Shown here: piece after piece, positions 48,101-61,370 of the stretch | How the letters are laid out: every line of letters starts with the position of its first letter | Numbering within the stretch: the stretch's first letter is position 1 | Origin: the human T2T-CHM13v2.0 reference genome, Homo sapiens | NCBI RefSeq assembly: GCF_009914755.1 | Contig: NC_060937.1 | Reading direction: 5' to 3' (one strand) | DNA: 64,000 bases | Translations under genes and position numbers: made by a program | Notes under the pieces: generated by a model | The model's input: the letters and a program-made list of their open reading frames with translations, nothing else | What the model was told of the DNA's origin: nothing | Database searches by the model: none

Positions 48101-49030
48101 GGTTAGTTCTGACCCCTGGATAGCTCTTTTCAGTTATTTCCTTGGCTCTCTCTAATAAACTACCTTGTCTATGGTTTATTATTTTGCTTCATGGAGCTAC
48201 CAGCCTCCTCCTAATTGCTTACCATCAAAATCTTTATTGTTTTTGAGATTGCCGTTAGGCCCAAACTTCCCTCACAGTTTGTTCCAAACAAAGTTAATTC
48301 CTTTGTAGAGGACTCTGGAGATCTCTGTTCTTATGGCCTGCCTCTATGATTGGGCAAAATCTCTCAGTCACCATTCTGAAGCTGGGGTTGGGGACAGTGG
48401 ACTGCTTCTCTTGGATTGACACTCCTGGTTTATAAGCGAGGTGCGAGGTAGGGACAGTAGCTTCTAGTCTTCTCCCTTTTTCTCTCAAGTGTTGAACTTC
48501 TAGCCTATGGTGAGCCATAGGTGATTGGGAAATGGTGATTGGGGCCCCAGTATTGTTTGGCTTGCTGTGCCTGGGGTAGTACCTCTGTCTTATATGTTTG
48601 GGCCAAGTGAAGGAAGGTTCCCTGACCTTTTGACCACTCTCTCATGTAATTCAGCCTCTACAACATGGAACTGGGGGTGGGGTTGGAGTGAGAATTGGTG
48701 GTGGCCTGCCCATCCCAGGAAGATACTATAGTCCTTGACTCTAGGAGAGGAAACCCATCCTTTTGGCCACACACATCCAGAGTAGAGCTTTCATATATTG
48801 TGATGATAGTAGGGGAGGAAGAGAGTGGATTGTGGTTCAAGTGCCACTGACTTTCACTGTTCTTACTGGATTTAGTAGAGTTTCTTATATAAATGTTTCT
48901 TTAAGTGCTACATGTTCATAGAACAATTTCTGGAAACTTTAAATGGTGGTTGTTATTTTAAATGTTATTTTACCAGTTATGTTTGTTTCACTGGGAAGAG
49001 TGTCCATGGAAAGCCTCATGTCACCATTTT
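45128..49030 (-). mobile_element. L1MB-like element, continuation toward its 5' end
   Basis: Resumes attcctaagtattttattcc, collinear with the break at 31781; ORF2p remnant YYEQLHLNKLDNL. Confidence 0.85.
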
Positions 49031-49205
49031 GGAAGTTGTCTTTTTTATGTGCCACCTCAGCTTTCCTGTAATATTTATAGCTATCATTTGTTTATTGAAG
49101 GCTTATTATGCACTTGTAACATTTGTATTTCTGTCAAAGTCTATATTCTTGAATAGTCCAAGAACACTAAGTACTTGGAAACATATATTCCTCTAACATG
49201 CTAAA

Positions 49206-49541
49206 TGTCTTAGTTCCAGCCGTATAACAAAGTACCATAGACAGTGTAGCGTATAAAAACAGAAATGTATTTCTCACAGTTCTTGTGGCTGAAGGTCTGA
49301 GATCAGGGTTGCAGACCACCATCTTCTCATTATATCTTCACATGGTGGAAACAGAGGGAGCTCTGTTTCCAGCTTCTTTTCATATGGGCACTTAGGCACT
49401 AATCCCATTCACAAGGGCTCCATTCTTATAACCTAATTACCTCCTAAAGGTCCCACCTCTGAATATCATCACATTGGAAGTTAGGATTTAAACCTGTGAT
49501 TTTGGGGTTGGGGGAGACAGACATTCAGTCCATCCATAACA
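49206..49541 (-). mobile_element. MLT1A-like MaLR solo LTR
   Basis: tgtcttagtt...ataacaaagtaccatagac...acattcagtccatccataaca. Confidence 0.85.
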
Positions 49542-50088
49542 CTGGACTTGTTTGAGAAATAGTAAGTACTATATATTTTTATAAATATGTCTTTCTTATG
49601 AGACACTAAGATTAAATTAAGATACATTCAGTCAGAAGAGCTGAATGCAGTTATTTCACAGGGTGAGTTGGCGTATTCTGTTGAAGTTTTCAAAGATCCA
49701 GGGACCACCTGAATCAGAATCACTGACGTGATTGTTTAAAAAGCAGACTCTTGAGCTCTACTCCAGACCAACTCTCATGCAGAGACTAGTTGAGATATTT
49801 GACTTATACTGTGGGCTAAATTTGTGTGGTACAAGCTTGGCTAATGTAAACTTCAACTAAATATTTATCAAATACATTGTGGAAACCATTGTGCTAGGAG
49901 CTGGTGGTATAAAAGGAATAAGACTTGCTTCTGCAAACCCTGAAGGCGTGTATGATATTCATGAGCTTAATCTGCTAGAAGGAAAGACCATTATATAGTA
50001 ACTTAGTGTATGATATAGGTACCATTAGATTTACAAAAATTGTATGCGCAGAGAGTTGGGGCAAGGTATACTTTTGCAAGTCATCTAA

Positions 50089-50139
50089 ACACACACACAC
50101 ACACACATGTGCGTGCATGCACACACACACAAACACACA
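50089..50139. repeat. Interrupted (CA)n microsatellite
   Basis: acacacacacacacacacatgtgcgtgcatgcacacacacacaaacacaca. Confidence 0.95.
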
Positions 50140-51759
50140 GCCCATGTGTGTCTTTATTAAAATAAAGATCTGGACTATGGGAAAGGGAAACCTAGAAAAC
50201 AATTTAGAGACTGGCTTCCTGTGTGCTTGGGATCTTGTGCTGCTTGTCCTCCCCGTCTCTACATGTTCCAGTGCTACTTTTCTACTGATGAAATCAACAA
50301 TAATGGAATATAAGTAAGTGCAGAATAAGATAAATTTCTTTTTGAACATGTTCAGTGGCTTGTCTTATATAATGATTTAACAAACTTAGTTTTCATTCTT
50401 GACTAAGTAGTAAATGCTTACTGCATGCCTAGGTACTCTGTTAAAAATTCTGAGTTTAACTTTTCTTCCAAAATATAGTTTGTTTTTCAGAAAAATTATT
50501 TTGTTCATATTCTCCTCACTCGATTTTGCATAATTATTGATTAACTAGGTTAGAAAGGAGGTGATAGATAACTTAAAATAGTATCAAAGTGTAATGGATT
50601 TAGAGTATACTTATTGTTGAAATTACATCTGATGTTTAGCAACTCTTTTCCTGTTCTACAGACATCGTCCACAATCAATTTGTCGTAAATTCACTGTGAA
50701 CATGATATCTGATATATAGGGATATTTTCACTGTTCTGGGGATATGAACTAAAAGTATTCAAAATAATGTGAGAACAACAATGTGAAGTCATTAAACGTG
50801 GCATAAATTGCTGATACAAACGGGCCATTACCACTTGTTAGTGTATTGTTTCTTCTTTTTCATAGTTGAGGTTTTGTTTTTTGTTTTTTGTGCTTTTCCC
50901 AAGCACTAGGACAGGCTTGAGTTGGGAATATTTGCAGCCCCAGCTCTTTGCTTCTTTTTCCTTTTGCACTTACTCGGTTCCTCCCCATCCTAGTCCTGAC
51001 TCAGGCATCAGGAACCCACAGCTGTGCAGCTTCTGCCTTTACTGGACACACGGCTCTCCATAGCCTCACTTTCGGGGGAGCTGCTGGCAGAGGAAGAGGT
51101 ACTTTTCTATGTACCGTTTAGACCCAGTGTATCATTTATTGCTGCTCTCTGTATTCCCACACATAGATGCTTTCTAATATGTGGTTTCTTCATGGATTTA
51201 TAGACGTGGAATTTTTTTTTCAAATGGGTCATTTAATCTAAATCCTCGTTTACTCTGAAACCTGGTTAATATTTTACTGGATAATGAAGACTTGACTAGC
51301 ATAAGAATGCCACTGAATGGGCAGTATATAGGCACTCATGGTAAATATGCCTGCTGGTGAAAGTTGTTAAAGGAATCAATGAGGACAGTTATACAGCACT
51401 ACAGCACGTGAGGAAGCTTGGGCCTTTTAGATTTCCTATTAAAGAGCATTTGTATATTGACAATATTGTGATTCTCTCTGGTGCTGAGCGCCTTCTCATA
51501 GTGTTGTGATAATCATTGCAGTTGCTATTGCTGGAGCCTGGCTCAGACTTAGAGTATGGGGATGCTGAGATGCTAGATTTATAACTTGATGTTTTATTAT
51601 TTCAAAACAAGCTGACTTTGCACATATCTGGGAACTAATTCTGAAGTTTGGACTAACATAACAGATAGTGTAAAAAGGAGAAAAGAAATCTAACATCAGT
51701 TTGAGCACATATCAAGTTCTTGTGGTATAAGCAGTAATATTTATACTAGATTTGCAAAG

Positions 51760-51895
51760 TCAGTGTTATCATTCCCAGTCTTCACATGAAAGGAAACTGT
51801 GGCTTTAAGTGTTAGGACAAGGGCTTGAGGTTACACAGCTTGTCATTGGGAGAGCTGATATTCCAGCCTGGCTAGTTCCACAGTCTGCACTATCT
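51760..51895 (-). mobile_element. MIR remnant
   Basis: atcattcccagtcttcacatgaaaggaaactgtggct...aggttacacagct. Confidence 0.65.
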
Positions 51896-52412
51896 CCTCC
51901 TCATTCCTGCACCCAACAGAAGGTTAGATGATTCTTTGTACATATTTTTCATAAGACTTATTACAAACTGCTTAAAATTACTAGTGAATGTTCACCCCAA
52001 TGGTTCTTTGCCCATTGTATGTCAAAATTTAAGGTGTATCTCAATTTCACGAATCTGGGGTAACATGCAACAATAACTATTCGCTTTCACTCATTGTCTT
52101 AAGCACTTGATACCTTTTCTTATAGCCTTAAAATAGAGTTATTTGTCTTCCTCAATTCATCTGCCTAAGTAGACGGTAAATTTGTCCAGGCTGGGGCTGC
52201 ACCACCTCCTCTCTGAGTTCTCTGAGGCACCTGACCCACAATATAAGGGGCCTTTCTTTTCCAAGGTCCATTTTAGATGTGTTGAATCAAACCTTGCAAG
52301 ATTAATTTTAGTCTGTTTATGATAGAACTGGGTTCGAATTCATAATCTGTAGAATTCATTATCTCATTATGAACTGAGAATAATTTTTTAATTTTATTTG
52401 GGTTCGTTTTAG

Positions 52413-52610
52413 CAGATTTAAAGAAAGCTTCCAGTTCAAATGCTGCAAAATCCAATCTCCCGAAATCTGGTCTCCGTCCTCCCGGATACTCACGTCTCCC
52501 GGCAGCCAAACTGGCGGCATTTGGCTTTGTCCGGAGCTCCAGCGTCTCCTCAGTCTCCAGCACCCAGTCCGGGGACAGTGCACAGCCAGAGCAGGGCCGG
52601 CCAGCCACCC
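52413..52610 (+). CDS. MTUS2: Internal coding exon (198 nt, phase 1-1) of microtubule-associated scaffold MTUS2/TIP150, basic Ser/Pro-rich region
   Basis: T-rich tract with tag|cag acceptor, consensus donor |gtaagt at 52611, open frame [65 protein letters not shown], local CpG/GC peak; gene name from recall of the protein, not a database search. Confidence 0.88.
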
Positions 52611-54838
52611 GTAAGTGGGGTGGGGCAGGGTGGAGTGCCTTCACTGAATTAAAACCGGCGCGCCTGTGTAACTGTGTGTCATTTTCTTTGCATGATTATT
52701 TAAGAATTTGCATCACCTCCCTTAGCTTCCCATTGTTGTGTTATTCATCTACTGAAGAAAAATAGCCCATTTGACACCATCAGTTATGGGGAGTTAGTGT
52801 GCCAGGAAAAAAAGATTGTAACCACCTCTTAGGATGTAGAAAATGACTTATCCAGAGACAGATTCCAGCAGCCCTTTGCTTTGCAGATTCTAGGTAAGAA
52901 GTCAAAGAAAGATCCAAGAAAGGTGTTACCTACATTGTGCTGTCATGAAACATACTAGATATTTAATATTAGCTGAAAGAATCATTTAGTCGCCTGTGAT
53001 TACCAGTAATGCCTTCACACTGCCAGAGCACTTGACTGGATTTCTGAAAGTTAAATAAATGATGTTAAAAGTAGCAAAGCACTGCCAAGCTTCTTCAAGT
53101 CCATGCCCAGGAAGATCTCCATTAGCTGAGATGGTGCTGTTGCAGGCCCATTTCCTGAGACTGGTATTGTAGACTGCATTTTAAAGTATGAATGAATAAC
53201 CTGCAGAGCACGTTACAACAGCTGCTGTCCCTGAGGAAGATCTGGAGGTTGCCCATTCAGCTGTGCCTTTGATGACCAAACCCCATCTCAGTCACCACTT
53301 CAAAGTCAATGTTATTGGATGGGAAACCATGACATCTCAGATGTTGTTTTCAAGACCTTGCCAGGGGCCCAGGAAAGTCTTAGAGGTTTCCACATAGAGA
53401 GCTGTTTTGAAGGGGTTATAGAAGTTGAATCAAGCTGGAATAATTCGAAAGAGAGAGAGAGAGATCGATTGATTTGTTATTTTGTCAATTTCTTGTCCAA
53501 GCTTGTTTATTCTCTGTTCTTTCTTGTGTTTACAGAGATGATGTGTGGAACATTTGCGTAGTTCTAAATTTTGGTCTACCTAGTTATTTATAAAAGTAAT
53601 ACATTACATTTCCCTTTGTCTTGATGTGTTTGTAAGCAGTTTCTAAGGGTGTTTTATTTGCTCTGTTGGTTTCCTGAAGGTGCCGTAGCTGAGGCCTGCT
53701 TTCACACAGGATACATTTAAGGAATATCACTGTAATTAGTGATTACATCATTACACAGTAGGGGTCTCAAAATCTGAAACATGAATGTAATAAAGAACTG
53801 TTTGCAAATGTGTAATTCATGTTTTGAGATATGCATGTGCATATTAGCAGTCTGATGATTTGAAAATACAGGAGCAACTATTTATCATCATTTTTATTAA
53901 TAAAATTCCTGATGACGTGTTTCTTTTTTAGAGAAAGTAGTATGAAGGAAAAACTTATCATATGATATATATCTTTCCAACAAAGGAGTTAAGATTTTGA
54001 TGTCTTAAAAAAAATTAACCTCAAGGCAAGATGAGCCATGTCCACATGACAGCAGCTTTTGCTGACAGAGAGCTGACAGGTCTGGACAGAATAATTGCAG
54101 GTGCGCTTAGGACATTTCTTCTCACCTCTGCTTCAGAGGATACTAGAGAGGGACCCCTGAGCACCCAGGGGATAAGAGCTGTATGTGCCAGAGAAAATAA
54201 CTCCCAGTTTAAAGACTTCATACTAAAAGTCACACTTTTATATGAATGTCTATCCAGAATTGTTTTCTATTTTAAGAAACATATGTTAGAATTGATTTTT
54301 AATTATCTGCTACCTACTATATATGTAATTTTTACTTCACCAATAAATCACAGAAAAACCCCCCATGAATTTGATTTGTCTAAGTACTACTAATCATTAT
54401 ACCTATACTTGTTATTAGATGTAATGTCAATAAATATTTTGTTTCTGTTCTTTAGCGAAGAGATGATGCTTTGATGACAGGGAATAAATAAAATATGAAG
54501 CTCTTGAGAGAGCTAAAAGTCCTTAGATCAACTTCTCATATGGTATATATCTTTCCAACAAAGCTTTCTTCTCCAAGCTTGTTCATTCTCTGTTCTTTCT
54601 TGAGTTTACAGAGATGGTGTGTGGAAAGCTTTGCTGGAGCAAAGCTTTGCTGGTTCAGCTCATGGAAACAGCCAATGTGGTATCAGAATCGGTCCTTTTT
54701 TCTTCTTCTTGGAAAGCTGGTCTTTTTGCAGACATTATTTTCACATAGGATTCATTTAAGGAATACTGCTGTAATTAGGGATTATGTCATGCAGAGTAGA
54801 TGTTTCAAAATCTGAAACATGAGCATGATAAGAATCTA

Positions 54839-55446
54839 TAGTCACACATTGCTTAATGACGGGGATATGTTCTGAGAAGTATGTTGTTAGGCAGTGTCAT
54901 CGTGGCGCAAACATCATAGAGTGTACTTGCACAAACCTAGATGACATAGCCTACTACACACCTAGGCAATATGGTATAGCCTTGGCTCCTAGGCTGCAAA
55001 CCTATAGAGCATTTACTGTACTAAATACTGTCGGCAATTATAACACAATAGTGCGTATTGGTATATGTAACAATATCTAAACATAGAAGAAGTATAGTAA
55101 AGCTATGGTTTAAAAACTAAAAATGCTGTTCCTGTATAGGGTACTTAAGCACGAATGAAGCTTGCAGGAGTGGAAGGTGCTCTTGGTGAGTCAGAGAATG
55201 AGTTGTGAATGAATATGAAGGTCTAGGACATCATTGTACACTTTTATGTGATAAACCAGGGCTATCCTGGAGGCCTGGTTTACACCAGCAACACCACAAA
55301 CGTGAGTAATGTGTTGTGCTATGACATTACGGTGGCTAAGACGTCACTAGGCAATAGGAACTTTTCAGCTCATTTATAATCTTACAGGACCACTGTCCTA
55401 TATGTGTTCTGTTGTTGACTGAAGCATCGTTATGTGGTGCATATGG
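54839..55446. mobile_element. Tigger3 (GOLEM) deletion derivative, about 610 bp
   Basis: agtcacacattgcttaatgacggggatatgttctgagaa...catcgttatgtggtgcat; TA on both flanks. Confidence 0.88.
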
Positions 55447-55869
55447 TATTTGCAAAGTATAATTCATATTTTTAGATGTTTGTGCATATTAACAGTCTAA
55501 ACAATGTCCACACTGACTGTGGCATGCTATATTGGGACACTTTTAAGTGACTCATTATGAATTTATGAGTGTTTCCTAGGCTAGCCTGGCTCTACTGAGA
55601 CTCTTCCTTGCTGTTTCCCTGGGTCCTGAGGGGCAAGTGATGATGAATGTGGAAACGGGAGCCCCATGCATCCCCCTGGACATGAGATGGCAGGACCATT
55701 TGGGGTCTCAGCTGTTCCACATAGAGTCCGCATCCACCCTGGGCTCAGGCTTCAGGCCATTAGCCCAACCCCATTGAGCAGAGGCTTTCTAAGTCAGGTG
55801 CTCTTCTATGTCTTTTTACCTTTTCCACAAGGTTGTGGCAAACAAGACAGGCACAGGGAAATGAATTAT

Positions 55870-55990
55870 GTTCATAGGTCCTCAGAACTTGAAGGTATCT
55901 TACCATCCAGTTTACCACCCATTTTACAGCTGAGCAAACTGAGATCAGGTTGACTTGCCCTGGGTCCTGGGCTGGTGTTCTTTCTACTCT
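55870..55990 (-). mobile_element. MIR remnant
   Basis: cccattttacagctgagcaaactgagatcaggttgacttgccc. Confidence 0.7.
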
Positions 55991-56627
55991 ATTTCCTTCT
56001 TAAAGCTGCCATATACAGGGAAGATATATGCATGATTTGAATATATTTTCTTTCTATTAGTAAAGCAAATCTTAGAGTCAGAGCTGACTTGAGAGGCCCC
56101 TCAGGCTTCCCAGGTTGTCAGCCAGCCCCTGCGGGAATGCTCTTAAGAGCTAGAGAGGGTTCCGCTTTACGCAGAAGCCACCTCTGAGGCTCTCCTTAGG
56201 AAGTGCTCTCTATGAGTTCAGATTGCCTCCTTGTAATCTTCAACAAGTAGCCACAGTTCCTGTGGACTCACACAGCACCTGCATGTGTATCGTGCCTCCA
56301 GGATAGCCCTAGGCAGCTCCCTTCATTCCCTTACCAGTTCGTCACATGAAGATTACAAGGTTGGCCCATTTAGAGCCTCAAATTAGTGACCCATAGCTTT
56401 TCAAAAAAATATTTACATTGAAAGAGGGAACGTAATTTTCTAACTTAGAAATTAAGCGTAAACTTAACATATCGGTCTGACCCAGGATGTGGCTCCTTAG
56501 TTCTTTTATAATGTTCAGAGATGAAAAAAAGATCCCAAATATACTTTAGGTGATAGAAACTTACTGATAAAAATAATGACCGTACTATAGAATTTAGTGT
56601 CGGAAACATACTATTACCTAATGTGTA

Positions 56628-56860
56628 TAGGTTGTGCATCCCAAATCAGAAAATCTGAAATTCGAAATGCTCCAAAACCCAAAATTATTTTGAACACTGA
56701 CACGATGCCCATGGGAAATAGTCACTGGAGCATTTTGGATTTTGGATTTTGGGGTTTGAGTTGCTCAACTGGTATAATAAAAATATTCCAAGATCTGAAA
56801 AATTCCAAAGTTCAAAACAATTCTGGTCCCAAGAATTTTGGATAAGGGATACTCAACCTG
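56628..56860. mobile_element. Tigger4a (Zombi/MER46A)
   Basis: TIRs taggttgtgcatccc / gggatactcaacctg with TA flanks. Confidence 0.9.
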
Positions 56861-57759
56861 TACTTCGTTATCACATTAATCAGTAATTAGGTATAGACTT
56901 GATTTTCCAAGTGGGTAGGCAGATGCGACTTAAAGTCAAAATCTTTAGGAACATGTGCGGAGGGAAAATAGGATGACTTAGGTTTCATAAATTAATCATT
57001 AATGAAAATAGATCATATCGCCCAAGGATAGAATAATTTATGTGGAAGATCCTATGTCATTATGTATTCTGAATAGCACTTCATTTACTGGGTGCCCAAG
57101 AAACAGAAAATAGCTATCAAAGAAGTACATGAAGAATATGATATTTGCAGCTTTCCTTTCCAGTTTCTCCTCTTCTTCCTCTCTTTTCAAATACTGCCAT
57201 GTTTTCTCCATGGGATAACCTAAGAACAGAAATCATGGGGCAAAGAATTTAAAAAACAAGTAAAAAAAAAATTAGAAGTTTTTCTCCTGTTTTTTTTTTT
57301 TTTTTCCTGGTGCACAGAAGTATTCAGATGATAGGGAAGTAGGGATACAGCTGGGGAGGTGGGCAGAGAGGCTGACGTTCGCATAAATAATCCTGGCAAA
57401 GGATGTATGTTTTCGGAGCCTGAAAAGTGTCATGAAGTGGAGGGTTAATTTCTGATGAGGGTATCAGGTTGTTTCTCAGAAGGGATTGTAAGCCAGACAG
57501 CCTTTTGGAAGGTGGAGATGAACTCTAGGAGATCTTTGGTAGGGGAGCGGTGCTGTTGGTGCATTCAGAAAACTTCCTGAATCTGAGGAGTTGCCATTCC
57601 TGGTGCAGCCTGCCACTTCATCGTGGCGCTGTTTGTCTCCTGGGTGCTAAGCCTACATATTTGAGCTCCCCAAGATTTGTTCTCAGAATGTGTCTGTTCA
57701 GGTCTCCTAGTCTTCACCTTGTCATCTGATCTACAGTTTCAGCCCTTAGCAGTTTGGAC

Positions 57760-58990
<1,231 letters not shown>

Positions 58991-59449
58991 TAAGGGAAGT
59001 TATCTCCCAATAGAAACTTTTTCTCTTATGTAAGGGTATGGAAAAAGATTTTTGAGAGTAACTTAGGTATCTTTGAGAGTATTTTGTATTGGGAACATAT
59101 TTTTACTTTATGCATGGATTTTCATAGTTGATGAAGCTCATAATTATGGCTCTCACATTCTTCTAGGACCTCTAAAATGTTATTTTTATTGACTGTGGTA
59201 TACATAGAGATAATTTACATAAGCCAAAGAGTAGAAAACCCTTTGAACTCTAAATATATTCAGAGATAAACATCATAAAGACTGACTTAGTAGTCTCACA
59301 AGTATCCAGTAACCTATATATCTCCTTGGATATACTTAATTGTTTTTAAAGAATTGGGCTAAAACCCTACCTTTGAGGCTATTCGTGAGAGAATTTCAAA
59401 GTTTCCAAACTTAGATGTCTCGTTTTGAGGAGGTTAGATATTCTCATTA

Positions 59450-59485
59450 ATCACTTCTCAGCCTTTTGGCTAAGATCAAGTATAG
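59450..59485 (+). pseudogene. 3'-truncated U2 snRNA retropseudogene (U2 nt 1 to about 36)
   Basis: atcacttctcagccttttggctaagatcaagtatag versus U2 ATCGCTTCTCGGCCTTTTGGCTAAGATCAAGTGTAG (3 G>A); TSD agatattctcatta at 59436-59449 and 59484-59497. Confidence 0.93.
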
Positions 59486-60799
59486 ATATTCTCATTAAAT
59501 TCTAGAGTTTTATTTCTTGTTTTAATATATAAAATAAGTAAATGTTCTTTTAATTATTGAATAGGATTTGGGTTCTGGGGATAATTATCTGAAGTGGAAA
59601 ACTGCTAGCCTTTTGGAAGGTTAATCAATGAAAATGAGGGTTAATATGAAAGCTTTTTGCAATGTTAACTTTAGGGTTTACACTGATGAATACTATAAAA
59701 TACATTTACATACATAACACATTTGATTTTCTACGTCTGACATGCATTTTAAATAAGATCAGGGTTGACAAGAAATGTTATTAATAACTTACAGAAACAG
59801 CCATTAACCCATCTCATGTTCATCGGCAATGAGAGAGTCATTTTTTATTCATGGAAAAAGCAGCCAAAGGTGGCTTGTGAGGTCAGACTTCAGAGAAGCT
59901 ATTGCCTGTTTGATGTTACTCTTAATGATGTCTTTGTTCATTCTCTTCAGAAGCACTCAGACAATGATGAGTTGCACCCAGAGATAGGATTAGATTGCAA
60001 GCATGTTTTGTTTTATTTTTAAGGATGTTGACCATTTCTGGTTATAAGATAAACTGAAGGTTTGGGGAACATTTTTATTTATAGTACAAATAATGTCTAG
60101 TTGAACTGCTTCAGTGTTCTTGGCTGGCTTGTTTTATGAAGATTAGATTATCTGCTTACCCTTTCCCGATTCTACATTCTTTCAGCATATTCTATGTGGT
60201 AAGCATAAGCTCAGCGCCAGGGCTGCCATGACCTGGACAAGGGTGAGTCCTCACTCACACTTGCAGGGAATGGGGAGACAGGATTATGCACATAAAGCCA
60301 TGCAGGGAAATGTTAGCATGGCTATGATTGAAGACCACACAGCATTTGGTGGGCAGGGGAGGGAGGAGGCACAGGAAGGGGGAAGTATCCATGCATCCTG
60401 AGTGAGGTGAAGAAAGACCTCATGCCCTGCAGGTCCTCTCCAGGCTGGCTCAGCACTACTGCATTATGTCTTCAGATGGAATTCTTCCACATTGGTTTTA
60501 GGTAATTGACAACCTTCTGAATTTGCTTATAAAATACTCCACCAAAGGGGAGGAAAAACAACTAGAGGTGGGAGAAGATAGGTGAAAAAAGATTGACAAA
60601 TATTTGAAAATATTTGAAGCTGGATGATGGAACCATGAAGATTCATTGTACTACTTCACTTGTTGTGTATGTTTGAACATTTCCATAGAAGGTTAAAACC
60701 CCACCTTCTCTCTGTATTAGTTTTTATTTATTTTTTGTTTTATTTTATTTTTACATTTAGTGGTCCCTAGAAAGCTCTTAGACAACCGTTCTTCTTCTA

Positions 60800-61112
60800 A
60801 CCTTTTTGAAGTATAACAGACAAATAAAGATTGTGTATATTTACATTATGATGTTTTGATATACATATGCATTGTGAAATGATTACTACAATCAAGTTAA
60901 TTAACATATCCATCACCTCACATAGTTACCTCTTCTGTGTATATGTGTGTGTGTGTATGTGTGGTAAGAACATTTAAGATCTATCTTCTTTGCAAATTTC
61001 AAGTATACAATATAGTGTTATTAATAATCAACCCCATGCTGTATATTAGATCTCCAGAACTTACTCCTCCTGAATACCTGAAACTTTGAACCCTTTAACC
61101 AATACCTCCCCA
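60800..61112 (-). mobile_element. L1MA-like 3' end
   Basis: gcattgtgaaatgattactacaatcaagttaattaacatatccatcacctcacatagttacc. Confidence 0.85.
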
Positions 61113-61124
61113 TACTGATGAGAT

Positions 61125-61370
61125 GACACAGTAGTGGTGAAGAGTACAGACTCTGGAGATACATTGCCTGGGCTCACATCCCACCTCTGCAGTTTGCTAG
61201 CTTTGTGACTTTGGGCAAGTTGCTTAATTTTTCTCTGTTTCCTCATTGTAAAATAATAATAATATTAATAATGATTAAAATAAGTTAAACCATCAATAGG
61301 GTCGATGGGAGCATCAGATGGAATTAATATCTGCAAAGTACTTAGAAAGGAGATTTGCCCAATAATAATG
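61125..61370 (+). mobile_element. MIR
   Basis: gtagtggtgaagagtacagactctggag...gtgactttgggcaagttgcttaa. Confidence 0.85.

Noticed and set aside
52440-52652. ORF-track + ORF (70 aa) and overlapping minus-strand ORFs
   Set aside because: Off-frame shadows of the real exon; the splice-bounded frame gives the recognisable peptide
56060-56350. Possible CR1/L3 remnant
   Set aside because: Too degenerate to support by eye
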